DNA of 64,000 nucleotides from Caecitellus pseudoparvulus. Its lineage: Eukaryota; Protista; Bigyra: Bicosoecida. Positions 27,533-40,400 of this stretch are shown here, one piece after another; the first letter of the stretch is position 1, and each line of letters begins with the position of its first letter. Position numbers and translations under genes: made by a program. Location: NCBI GenBank assembly GCA_965644315.1, contig CBFFRQ010000044.1:186001-250000 (forward strand), given 5' to 3'. Under the pieces are notes generated by a model. It had not been told where the DNA came from, did no database searches, and saw only the letters and a list, made by a program, of their open reading frames with translations.

Positions 27533-28426
27533 GCTGTGGGCATGTGCTCAGCTGCACGTGCTGCGCGCTGCCTGCACGCGCTGCCAGGCGCCGCCTCGCC
27601 AACCCGGCAGCACTGGCTTCAGGCTTGCCGGCAGCCGAAGCCTGAGCCAAGGGCGCCTTGGCAGGGGCACTTTGCAAACAAGCGCAGGAAGCGGGCGGCA
27701 CTGCCGAACTGGGTGCATCAGAGACGGGGGGAGTCATGCCTGGAGCCCACTGCGCGTTGGGGGAGCCCAGGAATGTGCCGTGCAGGCAGACCTGCTCTCG
27801 CCCTACGGAGAGGCGGCGTTTCGCCTGACTGGCCAGGATTGCGACACAATCCCCCCCACCTGCCAGAGCGCGCCTCGACACAAAAATGAAGCCAGAGTGT
27901 CAACAACATGCACAGCTCATGATCATCCGCAAGCTGGCATCATTTTTCACTCCCTGTGCCCCCCGCTGGCACTGCGACTGTGGTAGCGCAGGTGGCACTT
28001 TAGCGCAGGCTTACTCTGGCACGCCGATCCCTTGCTGCATGCGGTGGAACTTCAGGCGAACTTGCATCCAGTAACATCGAATTCGGCGAAAGTGCGTTTG
28101 TGCGCTCGGTGCACCTCCGCTGCGCGGTGAGGTGGCGGCCGACGCTCCGCCGCCGGCCGATGGCGGCACCGCAACCCTTCCACGACTCTTGCCTGTGCTC
28201 ATGGAGTTCGGCTGCCACATGTGAAGTCTGCATGTGTGCTCCATCTCTCTCATTTGCTTGCCATGGCGCGCCGTGCTGCTGCGTCGCCCTCTCGCACGGC
28301 GCTCCTGTCCCGCCCCCCGCACAGCGTTGTGCACTGCATTTCCCACACCCAGCCGCCCCCCTGGCCACCCTTCTCCGTGCCCTTGAGGAGCGGACAGGCA
28401 AGAGCACCGAGAACGAAGTCGTACAG
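27533..28426. promoter_or_regulatory. Putative bidirectional promoter region between receptor B (minus) and receptor C (plus)
   Basis: About 890 bp between two divergent start codons (27532 and 28427), with no credible gene. No specific promoter element was identified. Confidence 0.45.
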
Positions 28427-31400
28427 ATGGCTCTACCGCGAGTGCACCACCGTGAGCGGGCCAGGACAGCCACTTGCCTGGCGCTGTTGGCCTGTGCATT
28501 TGCCACCCTGGCTCACAGCGAAGCTGGCATTCAGCAGGCTGGCAGCAACGCCAGCGGGCGAGGCTCAGGGGGAGCAAGACTCCTCAACACAGCCAGTGCT
28601 GCCTGCCTGCCGCATCAAGTCACACACGGTGGCCTGTGCCTGGAGTTCTTTCCTGGCCCCTTCCCCGTGAACGAAGCCGGCGCGGCCTGTGGCCGCTTCG
28701 GCATGCTTCTGCCCGGCGGCGAACAGTCTGACATTCTCGCTGCGCTGGAAGCTCTGAGGCTCCAAGGTCACATGCAGCTGCACCATTCCACGTGGCTGGG
28801 CGTGCGGTACTGGGATGGGGATCCTGCCGCTGCCTGGGGAGCTGTCCATGGGTCGGGTAAGTGCAACGCCAAACACCGCTCCAGCGCACACGCTCACACC
28901 GCCGACTCTCCAACCCCCCCTGGGCCACAGAAGCTGCGTACTACAGTATGGTCGGCAACAAAGTGGTGCTTGGCCGCATGGCCAACGTCTCTGCTCCCAC
29001 CCTTGCAGCAGTACACCAGCCGTGCCTGGTGGCCAGCGCCTGGGCAAGCATCACCTCGTCAGGTACGTGAGGCAGCAACACCCAAGGCAGCTGGCCGACC
29101 CGCTGCGCCGAGTTCATGAATCACCTCCCGCTGTCTCTGTCCTTTCTCAGATTGCTATGCGCCAGTGGCAGGTGCCGTGTGTGTCTCGCGCCCGGGCAAT
29201 TCCAGTGCGGGGCTGCAGTGGGCTGGCGATACTCAGACTGCAGCAGGTGCTGAAACCACCTGTGGTGCACAGCGCTCGACACTTGCATTTCCTACAAATG
29301 CCACACAGCTAGACCTCCTGTTAGCTACGTACCCCTCTGCCTCAGCGGAGGCCTGGGTCGGCGCTCGCCGCGTAGGGGACGCTCTGCAGACGAGCACCGG
29401 CGCGGCAGTGGCCGCACACCCCATGGCAGCGGAGCTGGAGCCTCTGCTGTGGGAGTTCGGCTGTGCGACCATGTTGGGCAACTCGACTCTTGTCGGCCGG
29501 CCCTGCAGCGACCTGGTCCCCGCGCTGTGTTACCGCGGGGACACGGAAATGGCATCCTTCGTATGCCCGCCAGGCTGGATCTACCTGCCCCACACAGAGG
29601 GCTGTGTGCGCCACGCTGGCTCAAATGTCACGTTCCAGACTGCGCAAGACATGTGTTGGAATGAGCAGGGCCAGTCCTTTGTCCTGCCCAGCCTGTACAG
29701 CGACGTGGACTGGGACATTGCCAGCGCTCACTTCGCGCCAACGGCCGGGCGGCGCCAACACTGGATCAGCGGAGGAAGTGTCTCCACGTCCGGGTCCAGT
29801 GCCGAACTGCTGCGCTTTTCATTCGGAATCACGCTTGCTCTCCCACCGAACAAGACTGCAGGCGCTGGCGTCACTGACGCTGCTGGTGTCAACTCGGAGG
29901 CCATAGTCTGGGGCGCACAGCGGCCTGGAGCGCCGTCAGATGGGCTGGTGGATTTCACACCACGATCCCTGGCCACGAAGACGTTCGCAGATGCCGTGTG
30001 CTACAGGTCAGCCCGCCTTGTGGTGGAGCACAAGGAGCCGTGCATCCCGGGTTGGATGCCGGTGCTGGGGCAGTGCGTCGCTCTCAACCCTGGGCTGGTG
30101 CAGGGTGCGGGCGAATCGCCCATACAGTTCACCCAGGAACAGGCTCTCGACCGCTGCAGAGCGGCAGGTGGCACCCAACTCGTGCAGCTCCCAACACTTG
30201 CGTCCTATGCCCAAGCGGCTGCGCTGCTGCCTCCTGGAGCCCGCGCGTTTGTGGGCTTGGTGGACCCAGACGGCACTGGGCCAGCCAGCGCAGCTTGGAC
30301 CCGCTCTGCACGCCAGGCGTGCAACAACACGGTGACGTATCCGTTTTCCGATGCTTTCAGTGAGGCTGGAAGTGGCTGTGAGGCGTTAGCGGACGGGTCC
30401 AGCGGCGCTGTAGTCGTGCTGGAGCAGGCCACGGGTCGCCTGCTCGACTTGCCGCATGGCTCCACTGCCTCACACTTCCTGTGCTCTGTGTCGCTAGGAG
30501 ATTGCTCCGAAGGCCTTCCAGGCGCTTTCTACTTTAGAGGCACGTGCTACGGGCCCTCTTTGAGCACTGCAAACCAAGCACAGCTTGCACAAGCGGTCTG
30601 CGACAGCTCGCCCCTGTTCGGGGACCTAGCGGTTCCCCGTGGGCTGCAGTGGTGGTCAGCCTGGCGGGCAAGTGCCGTTTCTGCGTCGTTTCCACTGTTT
30701 GCAGGCGTGCGGGCAGCCCAGTCCCTCCACGGGGAATGGGCCTTCCATCGGTCTGATGGTGCCCTGTACTCCCCAGCTGAAATCGGGTTCCGAAGGACCT
30801 ATCCAGACAACAGTGCGAGCATAAAGAAGCCTACGGGGCTGTCTGAAGTACTGATGAGTCCTGACGCTTTGGATGCAGGGTTGTGGCTTGAGTCCAGCCC
30901 ACTGTCAGGCCCCGTTCAGGCAATGTGCGCCTTCTCGCCAAGCGTGAGCTACGCCGGGAACCCGGGCCTCTGCACTGGCCTCAACGCAAGTTCAACCGTG
31001 GTGCAGCACCAAAGCAGTTGCTTCTTTGCCCCACCGCCAGGCCCTTCCAGCTCTCCCTTCGGAATGGCCTTGCGGGCGTGTACAACCAACGCAGTCAATG
31101 GCTCGCTCACGTCCGGGAGAATGCTTGAAGTCAATAGCATTTCCGAGCTGGAGAGCGTGTCCGTCTTGCCACTTTTCTCAGAAAGCGTGTGGAGCAGCCT
31201 CAATTCCCTCGACGCCCCGCCCGGCTTTGGAGAAACACCGGCTGAATCCTCTGCTTTCCGAAGCATGTCTGGGCGTCTCACATATTCAAACTGGGCTGCT
31301 GGTAAGCCATCTGCTGGTTGGCCAGTCACAGCAATCACCCAGAACTTCTCAACGATTGACTCTGTGCCATCTGCGAGCCGTGCTACTGTGTGCGAAGCCC

Positions 31401-34400
31401 CTGCACATGCACTGTGCCCCGAGGGCTTCTGGTTTCAGCAGCTGGCGACGCCGAATGGAGCGCCTGGAGTCGGGACATGCCTGTGGCTCAGCGATTTTAC
31501 GGCGAACATCACAGGCGCCAAGGAGGTTTGCGCTGCAATGGACCCACGGGGGCTCAGCAAGCTCACGCCGTCCCCAGACACCAGAGCTGCCAACGCCTTC
31601 TTGGAAACTCTTGCAGGAGGCACTTCCGTCTGGCTGGGCCTTTTCCGAGTTGCCAAGCATGCCCCGCTGTTCTGGAGCACTGACAACCGAGAGGTGGGCG
31701 ATACGCTGGCTGACACCCGCCAACCACGGAGGTACCTGGCGCACTGGGAGGACGCTCATCCCCAGTTCACCCAAGTGGACCCGGATGTAGCGTGTGTGTT
31801 CATGAACCCATCAGGCAAGTGGGTGGAGGCCAACTGTAGTGACCTCCATTTGTTCTCTTGCCAGACCCAGCCACTGTTCGAAGTGGCGCGGGAGACCGGT
31901 CAAGTGGACCCTGCAGCACCCTCAAGTGCGAAGGACACCCAGTCCCTTCTGCACATGCACACAGCTGAAACGCCCCCAGAGATACAGAGCTTATCCTTCA
32001 GTAACATGCCGGGGTTAACTTCGTGTGCTCCAGGGTGGATCCTCAATCCGTACTCGCAGATGTGCGTGCAATTCCAGACGCAGCGCATGCACTGGCACAA
32101 TGCCAATGAGAGGTGCTCATCCTTGGGAGACCCAGGGCGGCTGTTCCGAGCAGGGTCGCCCCAGTCCTTGAAGTGGGTATCTGATCATGTGGTTGGTGAG
32201 CTTGCAGCGAGCAGCGCCTGGTGGGTCGCCATGTCGGACGCTCACCACGAAGGCAGTCCTGCGTGGCTGGACGGCACCCGCTTGTCAGTTGACTTTGTCC
32301 CCATTGCAGCCAACAGTCCAATGAGGGACTGTGGTGCTGCCTTCTCTCCAAACGTGGGAGCTGCGCCCGCCGTCGGCATGCTGCACTGTGAGGAGCCGCT
32401 TCCGTTTGTCTGCGAGGCACCGCTGGTGAGTAATGGCTCTTTTGGTTACGTAACGGTGGTGACACCCCTCAGTTGGCCTCAAGCTGCCCAAGCGTGCAAT
32501 GAGCAGTTCGGAGGCAAACTGTACGTTTCAGGGTCTGCGCTTGAGTCCAGTTTCGTGGGATCCAATGTGCTTCCTTCCATTGACGCCCCATATGCTTGGC
32601 TGGGCATGAACTTGGACTTCACTTCTGGCATGGCACACCTTGTGACTGGGGACGTGTTCGAAATGCCGGCCCAGACGTGGGAACAAGGCTACCCGACGGG
32701 CGGGGACTCCGGGCGCCCCGTGCCTGAAACCTGCATGCAGTTGAATCCGGCAACGAATGCGAACGTGCGCAACGTGCCGTGCTGCGACGCGGCACCCTTC
32801 GTCTGCCGCATTCCCTTTGACCATCAGCCTGTCTGTCCAGATTTGTGGCTGCGAGACGGGTCGGACTGTTTCTACCTGGAAACACAGCCCACCACGTACA
32901 GGCCTGCTTTCACAAGCTGTGCTGCTGAAAATGCGGCGTTGGCCACAATCAAGAGCCAGATGCAGGCAGATCGATTGTTTTCGGCCCTTTCCCTCCATCG
33001 CCTCCCCAGCGCGGTCATGACGGGACACCTTGTCCCAGAGCTGCGAAATGCGAGCACTTACTCTTTGACACAGCCCGACTGGAGCCCCTTTGATCTTGTG
33101 CCCAGCGGATCATGGGAAGGCGGACAAGAGCCAGAGCTGGCCTTTGGGTCCGCCACCTTGCTGTCAAACGTCACGCAAGGTGCGCTGACCCTGGGTGTCA
33201 CCGACACCACGGTCGCGCCATACATTTGCCAGCGCCCTGCACATGGACGCACCTTTGACCTCTGCCCTCAAGGCTGGCTTCCACTGTTTGGGCGGTGCAT
33301 CCGACACTCTCGAATGTCCAAGCGGCCCATCGGCTCACAACTGACAAAGTTGATGTCTGATAAGTTGACATGGAGGCATGCGAGAGACTTCTGCTGGGCG
33401 CAGGGCGGAACCGACCTGTTCCAGGTTGACTCCGTCTTCGTCCTTGAGCACCTTAAATTGCTGCTGGGTGCCCAAGGCTTCAAGAATTCCGACAAGATTT
33501 GGTTTGGCTTGCAGCAAGAAGGCGGCAAGCTGCGAAACTCCTTCACTGGACTCCCCGCCTGCAATGCTTCCTCTGGCGACAGCTGGTTGCTGGGTGGACT
33601 CTTTTGGCCAGGCAACGGGTCGTGCATTGACTCCATTTCACAGGGCGAGGCTGTCGCATTTTCCATTCGCGACGAATTGGCAGAAGTGCTGGACGAAGAC
33701 AAGCAGCTTGGCTGGGTATGTGAGCTGCGCCGGGATGGTACCGAAACAGGTCCGTCCAGTGGATTTTTTCGGGTTCCACACGGTTACCATGATCTCGTCG
33801 TGGGAGGCAGTGCAGTGTCAGATAAGTCTGCCGCGCAGGACTCTTGCACTGTTCTCGGAGGCGACCTGCTGTCTGTGACCAGCATTGCCGATATGGACCA
33901 GCTGCAGCCCAAGCTGAGCGCGCTCGGCGTCATCCCAACGGCGCACCTTTGGACCCAGCTTGGCATGAGTGCTGCAGACCGCCCTCGCGTGAACGCGGAT
34001 GGAAGCAGACCATCCTCATGGGTGGGGGCTCCCTCTGACGGTTCATTAGGCACGGACGACACGCTGCTGTCGAACGGAAGGTTGCAATCTCGATCTCCTG
34101 GCCAACAAGCGCTCCCTGTGTGCCAACTACCCCCTGCAGGCCTGTCACAAGTGTGTCCGCCAGGCTCGGCTGGACTCCGCCGCCGCACATGTGTGCTGCT
34201 GGCTGAGGAAACTGACCACACGCTTGTGCATCGCCAGGAAGCGGCTCAGTTGGGCGCGGACTTGCTTGCGTTCCACTCAGCGACTGACCTTGACTTTGTC
34301 GCTCACCTGTTCCCTGCTTTGGTGAATCAGTCGAACGAGAAGGCGTTTGTTGGTCTCCAGCGACGAAATGTCACTGTTCTGGATCGTGAAGGCTACGCTT

Positions 34401-37400
34401 CCACCGACGGCTCTCTCGCGTGGAACTGGATGTGGGCTCCAAGTGTGACGTGGATCGAAGTTGGCAGCGATTGCGTTCGCACGAAAGCAGAACCGGGTGG
34501 CTTCGCACTGAAGAAGCATGCTTGCAATTCTGGGGCAGAGGTCTGGGCGCTTGTAGGTCGGCCACTCGGCGCATGTCCTTCTGACTCCGTCTTTGTCGAC
34601 GGACAGTGCTTTGGCCTTCCGATTCAGTACGCTTCGAATTCTCTTGGAACGAACAAGGAAGTAGAAGGCATGTATTCTGCCTTGCGGCAGGCTTGCTGGG
34701 ACCGGGGCATGGATCTCGCGCTTTTCACGGGACCAACATTTGTGATGGGTTTTGAAGCGGGCGAGGGCGCTGATTTTCCCTTCCAAGTTGACGCGCTAAG
34801 TCATAACCCGGGTTCCGCAGCAGCTCGCTTGATCGGACTTAAGCGGACAGAGGCAGCAGATTCGTATTCGATGTGGTCTTGGACGCAGCAAGGAGTGGGC
34901 TTCGTGCCTCGAAACGGCCCGAACCCCCTCGCCTCCCCGATCCCTGTGCCGTTCTCTAGCATGAACCTCGGAACTAGCAATTCGGCGCACTGTGCACAGG
35001 TCAATGAGGATGGCGTAGTTTCGCTGGCTCAGTGCGGTAGTGATAGTTTCGGCATTTGCTCAAGCCCCCCCTGGGGTCTACTGACCACTGAAAGCACCAA
35101 CGCGTACCTTGGGCCAGGATCAGACCCGGGGTTTCTTGCAGCATTGCCAGCTGCGGAGCACTTGTCCGAACTGGGTCTGAGTGATATTCCTGCGTGTGCG
35201 CCTCGAGCAGTGTCGCCATCACCCAGCCCGCAGCCTCCAGCTTCCGCTGGTGCTATTCATGCTCCAGTCTCTATCCAGAACTTGGACAGCCCGCTGTCGC
35301 CCGTGCAGGGGGTAAGTGCGGCGTTTTCGGGGCATGGAGACCCGAGAATCAACGATGTTCTGTCGGCTGGTGACTGGGACCAGGATGGTGTTGAGGACTG
35401 GGTCGTTGTGGGCATGGACGTTGAGCCCCCCACAATCGCCATCGTATGGGGTGACCCAGGCATCACCCCGGGCTCACTCAACTTATCCAGCATCGCAGCA
35501 GGTGGCTCCACCCTGGGCTTCGCTGTGCTGGGGGGAAGCGGCGTCGGCGACTTTTTTGCTCGACAAAGCACAGTTGCCGCGGGACACGATGCCAATGGAG
35601 ATGGGCTCCCAGACATGATCATTGGTGGTGCACTGGCCAACAGCGGGACAGGGGCAGTGTTTGGTGTGTTTTCACAGGGCAAGAGGACATCTCACTCCGT
35701 TATTGTGGGCATGGCTGGCGGGCAGCAGAATTTCACTCTGGTCGGCGAAAGTGGCTGGAAACTCGGCCACAGAGTTGCCATGGGTGACATCTCAGGGGAC
35801 GGCATTGCAGAAGTTGTGGTTGGCGTGCGCGAACATGGCGGGGTTGTGCCGGGAGCATGGTCTGTGATCAGTCTTGCTGGAGGTCCCCACCTTGACGGTG
35901 CCCTGCAAGCCGCGAACATCCCCAGTTCTCTCCCCGGCACAGTTCTGCACGGGGCGGTGGGGCAAGATGCCCCGCTGTCCATGAGTGCCTCCTGTGACTT
36001 GGATGGTGACGGCACAAGCGACTTGGCGATGGGGTCACCAAAGTCTGTGAGCTCGAATGCCGAGTACGGAGGGGCTGTATTCGTGCTGTACGGTGGCTCA
36101 AGGCTGTACAATGGAAGTGATCTGGGCCCTGCTCAGTTTGACAGTCTGGCTGCCGGCTTGCATGGTGGGTTTGCCGTGTGGGGCGACGCGGAAGAAGAGC
36201 GGATTGGGGAGCCTGTGACTTGCCTTGGTGATGTTAACGCGGATGGCATGCAGGACTTGGGCATCAGTTCAGTGTGGAATGTGAACTCTGAAGCTACGAT
36301 TCTGCCGCCTCGCGTGTATGGTGTGTTTGGCGGTCCACGCATGAATGCTTCCCTGAATGCTTCGGACTTGTGGACGGGGCAAGGCGGATTCGGCATCGCG
36401 GGCCAAGACCCAGCGGGCGGATTGGGCCACTTGATCGGCGTTGGAGACTTCAACGGGGACGGCATTGATGATGTGAGCATGGCTGAGCGGTACTCATCAC
36501 CCTGTGGCAAGCGCGAAGCAGGCCGAGTGTACATCGTGTGGGGAGTGGCTGGCGCTGGCCCCACCACTCAACTGCCACTGGTCGATGTGGCTGCGGGCGT
36601 CGGGGGCTTGTCGCTGCACGGAGACACGAGTTGGGGTCTGCTGGGCAACGCCCCGGTTATTGGACTTGACGCAAATGGCGATGGGATACAAGACTTGCTC
36701 ATCGCAGCTGAGCATGGCACAGTTCGTGGCTTCCCCCTGCCGGGCGCAGCGTACGTTGTCCTTGGCCCGCCTGCTGTCGTTGCCGAGCCCGTGGTGTCGC
36801 AGTGCACCGTCGGCCTGCCGGGGCAGTCCGCGCTGGCACACGAAGACTTGGGTTCCATCTTGACCGCTGATGCCAGCGTCTCTGGTCGTTCGTACAGTTT
36901 GATCAGAGGCAACGCGAGCTCGGGTGCAGTGGGGGGTGCCTTCGCTTCCACGAGCAGTCTGAGTGGTGAACCTGGCCTGAGCCTCGTCATCAGCGCCCAG
37001 GAACCCGAATCAGCCGGAATAGTGTCCATTGTTGCTGCCCAGCTGGGCCATACTGACTGCTTCGCCTGCCTGAATGGCCCGCAAGTGCTAGGGGCGCAGG
37101 ATGGAGACGCACTTGGAACGGCACTTGGTGCTGTGGAGTCTTTCCGTGGTGCTCCGGCAGTTCTGGCGTACGCACCTGGAGCGATGAGTGGGACAGGGCT
37201 TGTGCACTTGCTCTCAGCGCACGTTTTGCCCAGCTCAGGGGACATAGCAGTTTTTAGCGTCAGCTCGGCTTGCTGGCGAGGACCCCTTTCCGGCGCTGGC
37301 TTCCGCAAGGTGCTCTCAGGAGTCTTCGGGACCGGCCTGCCGGGATCTTCCTCTGTCGTACTCACGTCTCCCGATGCAAACTCGTCGACAGGCGATCCGC

Positions 37401-40400
37401 AGGCTGGCGCGGTATGGGTGGCATTTAATGATGATAACTGGCCGACATGTTCTTCAAGCATCAACAGAATGCTTGTGGAAGATGTCAGCGTGTCCCTGGT
37501 GGGCGTGAAGTACACCGGAACAGAAGCCGGGGCCCGACTGGGCTACGATGCAGATGCTTGCGATGTGAACGGTGATGGTCTGGAGGACTTGCTTCTCAGC
37601 GCCCCCTTTGCAACTGTATCAGGGTTGCCTGAAGCTGGTTTTGTCGCTGTGCTGTTCGGGAGGGCTGACAACACATCTACCACCGATTTCCGCATCCCAG
37701 GCGATTTGGCTGACGACATCGGATACTTTGTCACCGGATCTCGTGCATTTGAAAGGTTTGGCTTCAGCATCACATGTGTCGGAGATGCTGACGGGGACGG
37801 CATCGGCGATTTCGCGGTCGGCACGAACGCCTCGACGAGCTCAGCTCCTACTTCCCGGCGCGCATTCCTCGTTAGAGGCAGCGCTGGCACCTCGAAAGCT
37901 TCGATTTCAACTGAAGATCTTGCTGCTGGCTTCAATGGGACAGCGTTCTTGCCAGAAGGCGCACAGCCAAGTGATGGTCCGCTCTACGTCGCTCCAGCTG
38001 GGCGGTGGGATAACAACACAACGACCACCGCTGTGCTTGTATCTGATCCAAGCTACATTCCTTGCAGTGGATCAGGTCGCGGCAGACTGTACGTCGTGCA
38101 TGGCAGTGACCTGGATGGCGCTGCGGTCGTCCCGCTAGCTCGGATTGCAGCGGGTGTAGGCGGATACGTAGTGAACGGCCCGCCCGGCTTGCTGCCGGAA
38201 AACGGCACCCTTGGCTCTTTCATGGGCAGCTTGGGCGATGCTGACGGCGATGGGGTCGACGATTTGTTCGTCGGGGTGCCACATGTCTGGAACTCGTCGG
38301 CTTTGCAAGGCGGCGCAGCTGTGCTGTTGCAGGGCGGGCCGCGAGTAGCTGCAGGAGATAGCGAAGGTGGCTGCTGGGTGCCCTTAGTATTGGATTGGGA
38401 GAAAGGCCCAGGCAATGACAGCGACCTGGCGATGGACGCACGGGCTATGGGAGGCCAGTTCCCAGGTCGCGGCATACGAGCCCTGGGCCATGTCGATGGA
38501 GACGCGGGCGTTGACTTGATTATCAGCGCGAACTCGGACGATATCGGTCCTGTTGGTGTGTACGTTGTGCTACAGGATGGCTTCAGCCGCATTCGAGGCT
38601 TCCAATTCTTGCAAGCGGGTATTGACGCACTCAGCATGGTGCAGTCGGGTGCAGCGTTTGGCAGGGCTGTGGGCATTGCTGGTGATGTGAACAGTGACGG
38701 TATCGCTGATGCCGCAGTGGGGGCACATAATCACGATACCCCGGGGGGTGATACGAGCACTGGCTCAGTTTTTGTGCTGCTGCTCCAGCAGGATGGAAGC
38801 ATCACGTCAGCCGCAGTACTTGATGCGCGCAGCCCTGGACTCGGGTTGCATGACAGTGACAGGTTCGGGCGTGGTGTAGCCTCCCTCGGTGACATGGATG
38901 GGAACGGTGTGCCTGACCTTCTTGTGGGGGCATTTAAAGCAGATAGGAATCATACTCAAGACTCGGGCACCAATGAAGGCGGGGCTTGGACTGTGTATCT
39001 GAACGCCACAGGTCATGCGATTGACGCGTACGAGATGACTGCTGCCAACCCACAGTGCAGCTTCTTTGGAGTTTTGCCTGTGGGTGGGTCGATCGGGTCT
39101 TCAGTAGAGAGCTTGGAGGATGTGGATGGAGACGGCTTTCGAGACGCTGCCGTGGGAGCATTCGCTCTGAACGGAGGAGATGTGTTCATCGTCTTCCTTG
39201 CAGAGAATGGAACAGACTTGGCTTTCACAAGGCTTTCTCAGATCGTCATCTCGAGCTCTCCAGTAGGGCTTGGCGACTTCGGACTTGCGCTGGCTTCAGC
39301 ACATGGCGACGTGACGGGCGACGGCATCCCAGATATGTTTGTGTCAGCCCACAATCATCAAGTGGGGGGGGCTCCCAAAGGTGGCGTGTGGCTGGTAGCT
39401 CTCGGCGAGGGTCGTGCGCTTGTCGGCACGTCAGCGGAGGTCATTTCAGAGGGGCAGGGCGGTCTCACAGAGCAGCTGCCTGGGGACGGGAGCTTTGGGA
39501 TCGGTACGGTTGCGTACATAAATCGCGGCGGCTGTCACTTGAATTTGCTAGCGCTGTCTGAAGGCACGTCAGACTTCACGCGTATGAAGACCAGCCTGTA
39601 CCCAGCCGAGCCCCACACGCCAGGGGCTGGCTGGCCTCTGACCTGTGCTGCTGCGATGGCACCCCCGCTGTCTCCTGTCGTCACCCCGTCACCAAGCCCC
39701 ACACCTGCCCCCTCCTCCACACCTAGGCCTTCACCAGTGCCCATGCAGCAGGTGGACCTTGCACTGGTGGGCAGTCTGATCCCCGGCTTGCAGGTGGCTG
39801 GGACTGAGCCGGGGGAGCGTGTGGGGGTCGGGGTCGGGATCGTTGGGGACGTGACCGGAGATGGCGTCGTGGACTTGGGCATCACGAGCGCAGGCAAGCA
39901 GGGGCCTGGCGGGGCTGGCGCGCTTATCATCGTGCCGGGGGGTTCAAACTTGGGAACTGGGCAAGTCCCTGTCCCAGCCTCAAATGGGGGTTCTCGAAGG
40001 CTCTCTGCGCGAGCTCTTACCACCAGTGTGCACCTTTCCACCATTTCTTTACTGCCTGCTGGTCGCCCAGGAACCCCGACCTTTGCAGGGGACTTCAATG
40101 GCGATGGTGTGGACGATGTGCTTGTTTCTCTGGGCGGCTCAGCAGTGGCATTGCTGCACGGCCTGACAAGCAACGCAACATTTCCAGCGAGTGTGGAGGA
40201 TATTGCCGCCTCTCCAAACGCGACTTCGCCGTTTGGGACCCTGTTTGAAGCCCCGCCGGGCCTTGCCTCGGTCGGACTGGGTGGTGGCGTGGCCGGAAAT
40301 GGACGTATTGTGGGCGAAACGCGCCACCAGATCGGCTTGGTCGGCATACGAAACGACACACAAGTGCTCGTAGCCTTCACCTTGAATGGCAAGCCAGCTG

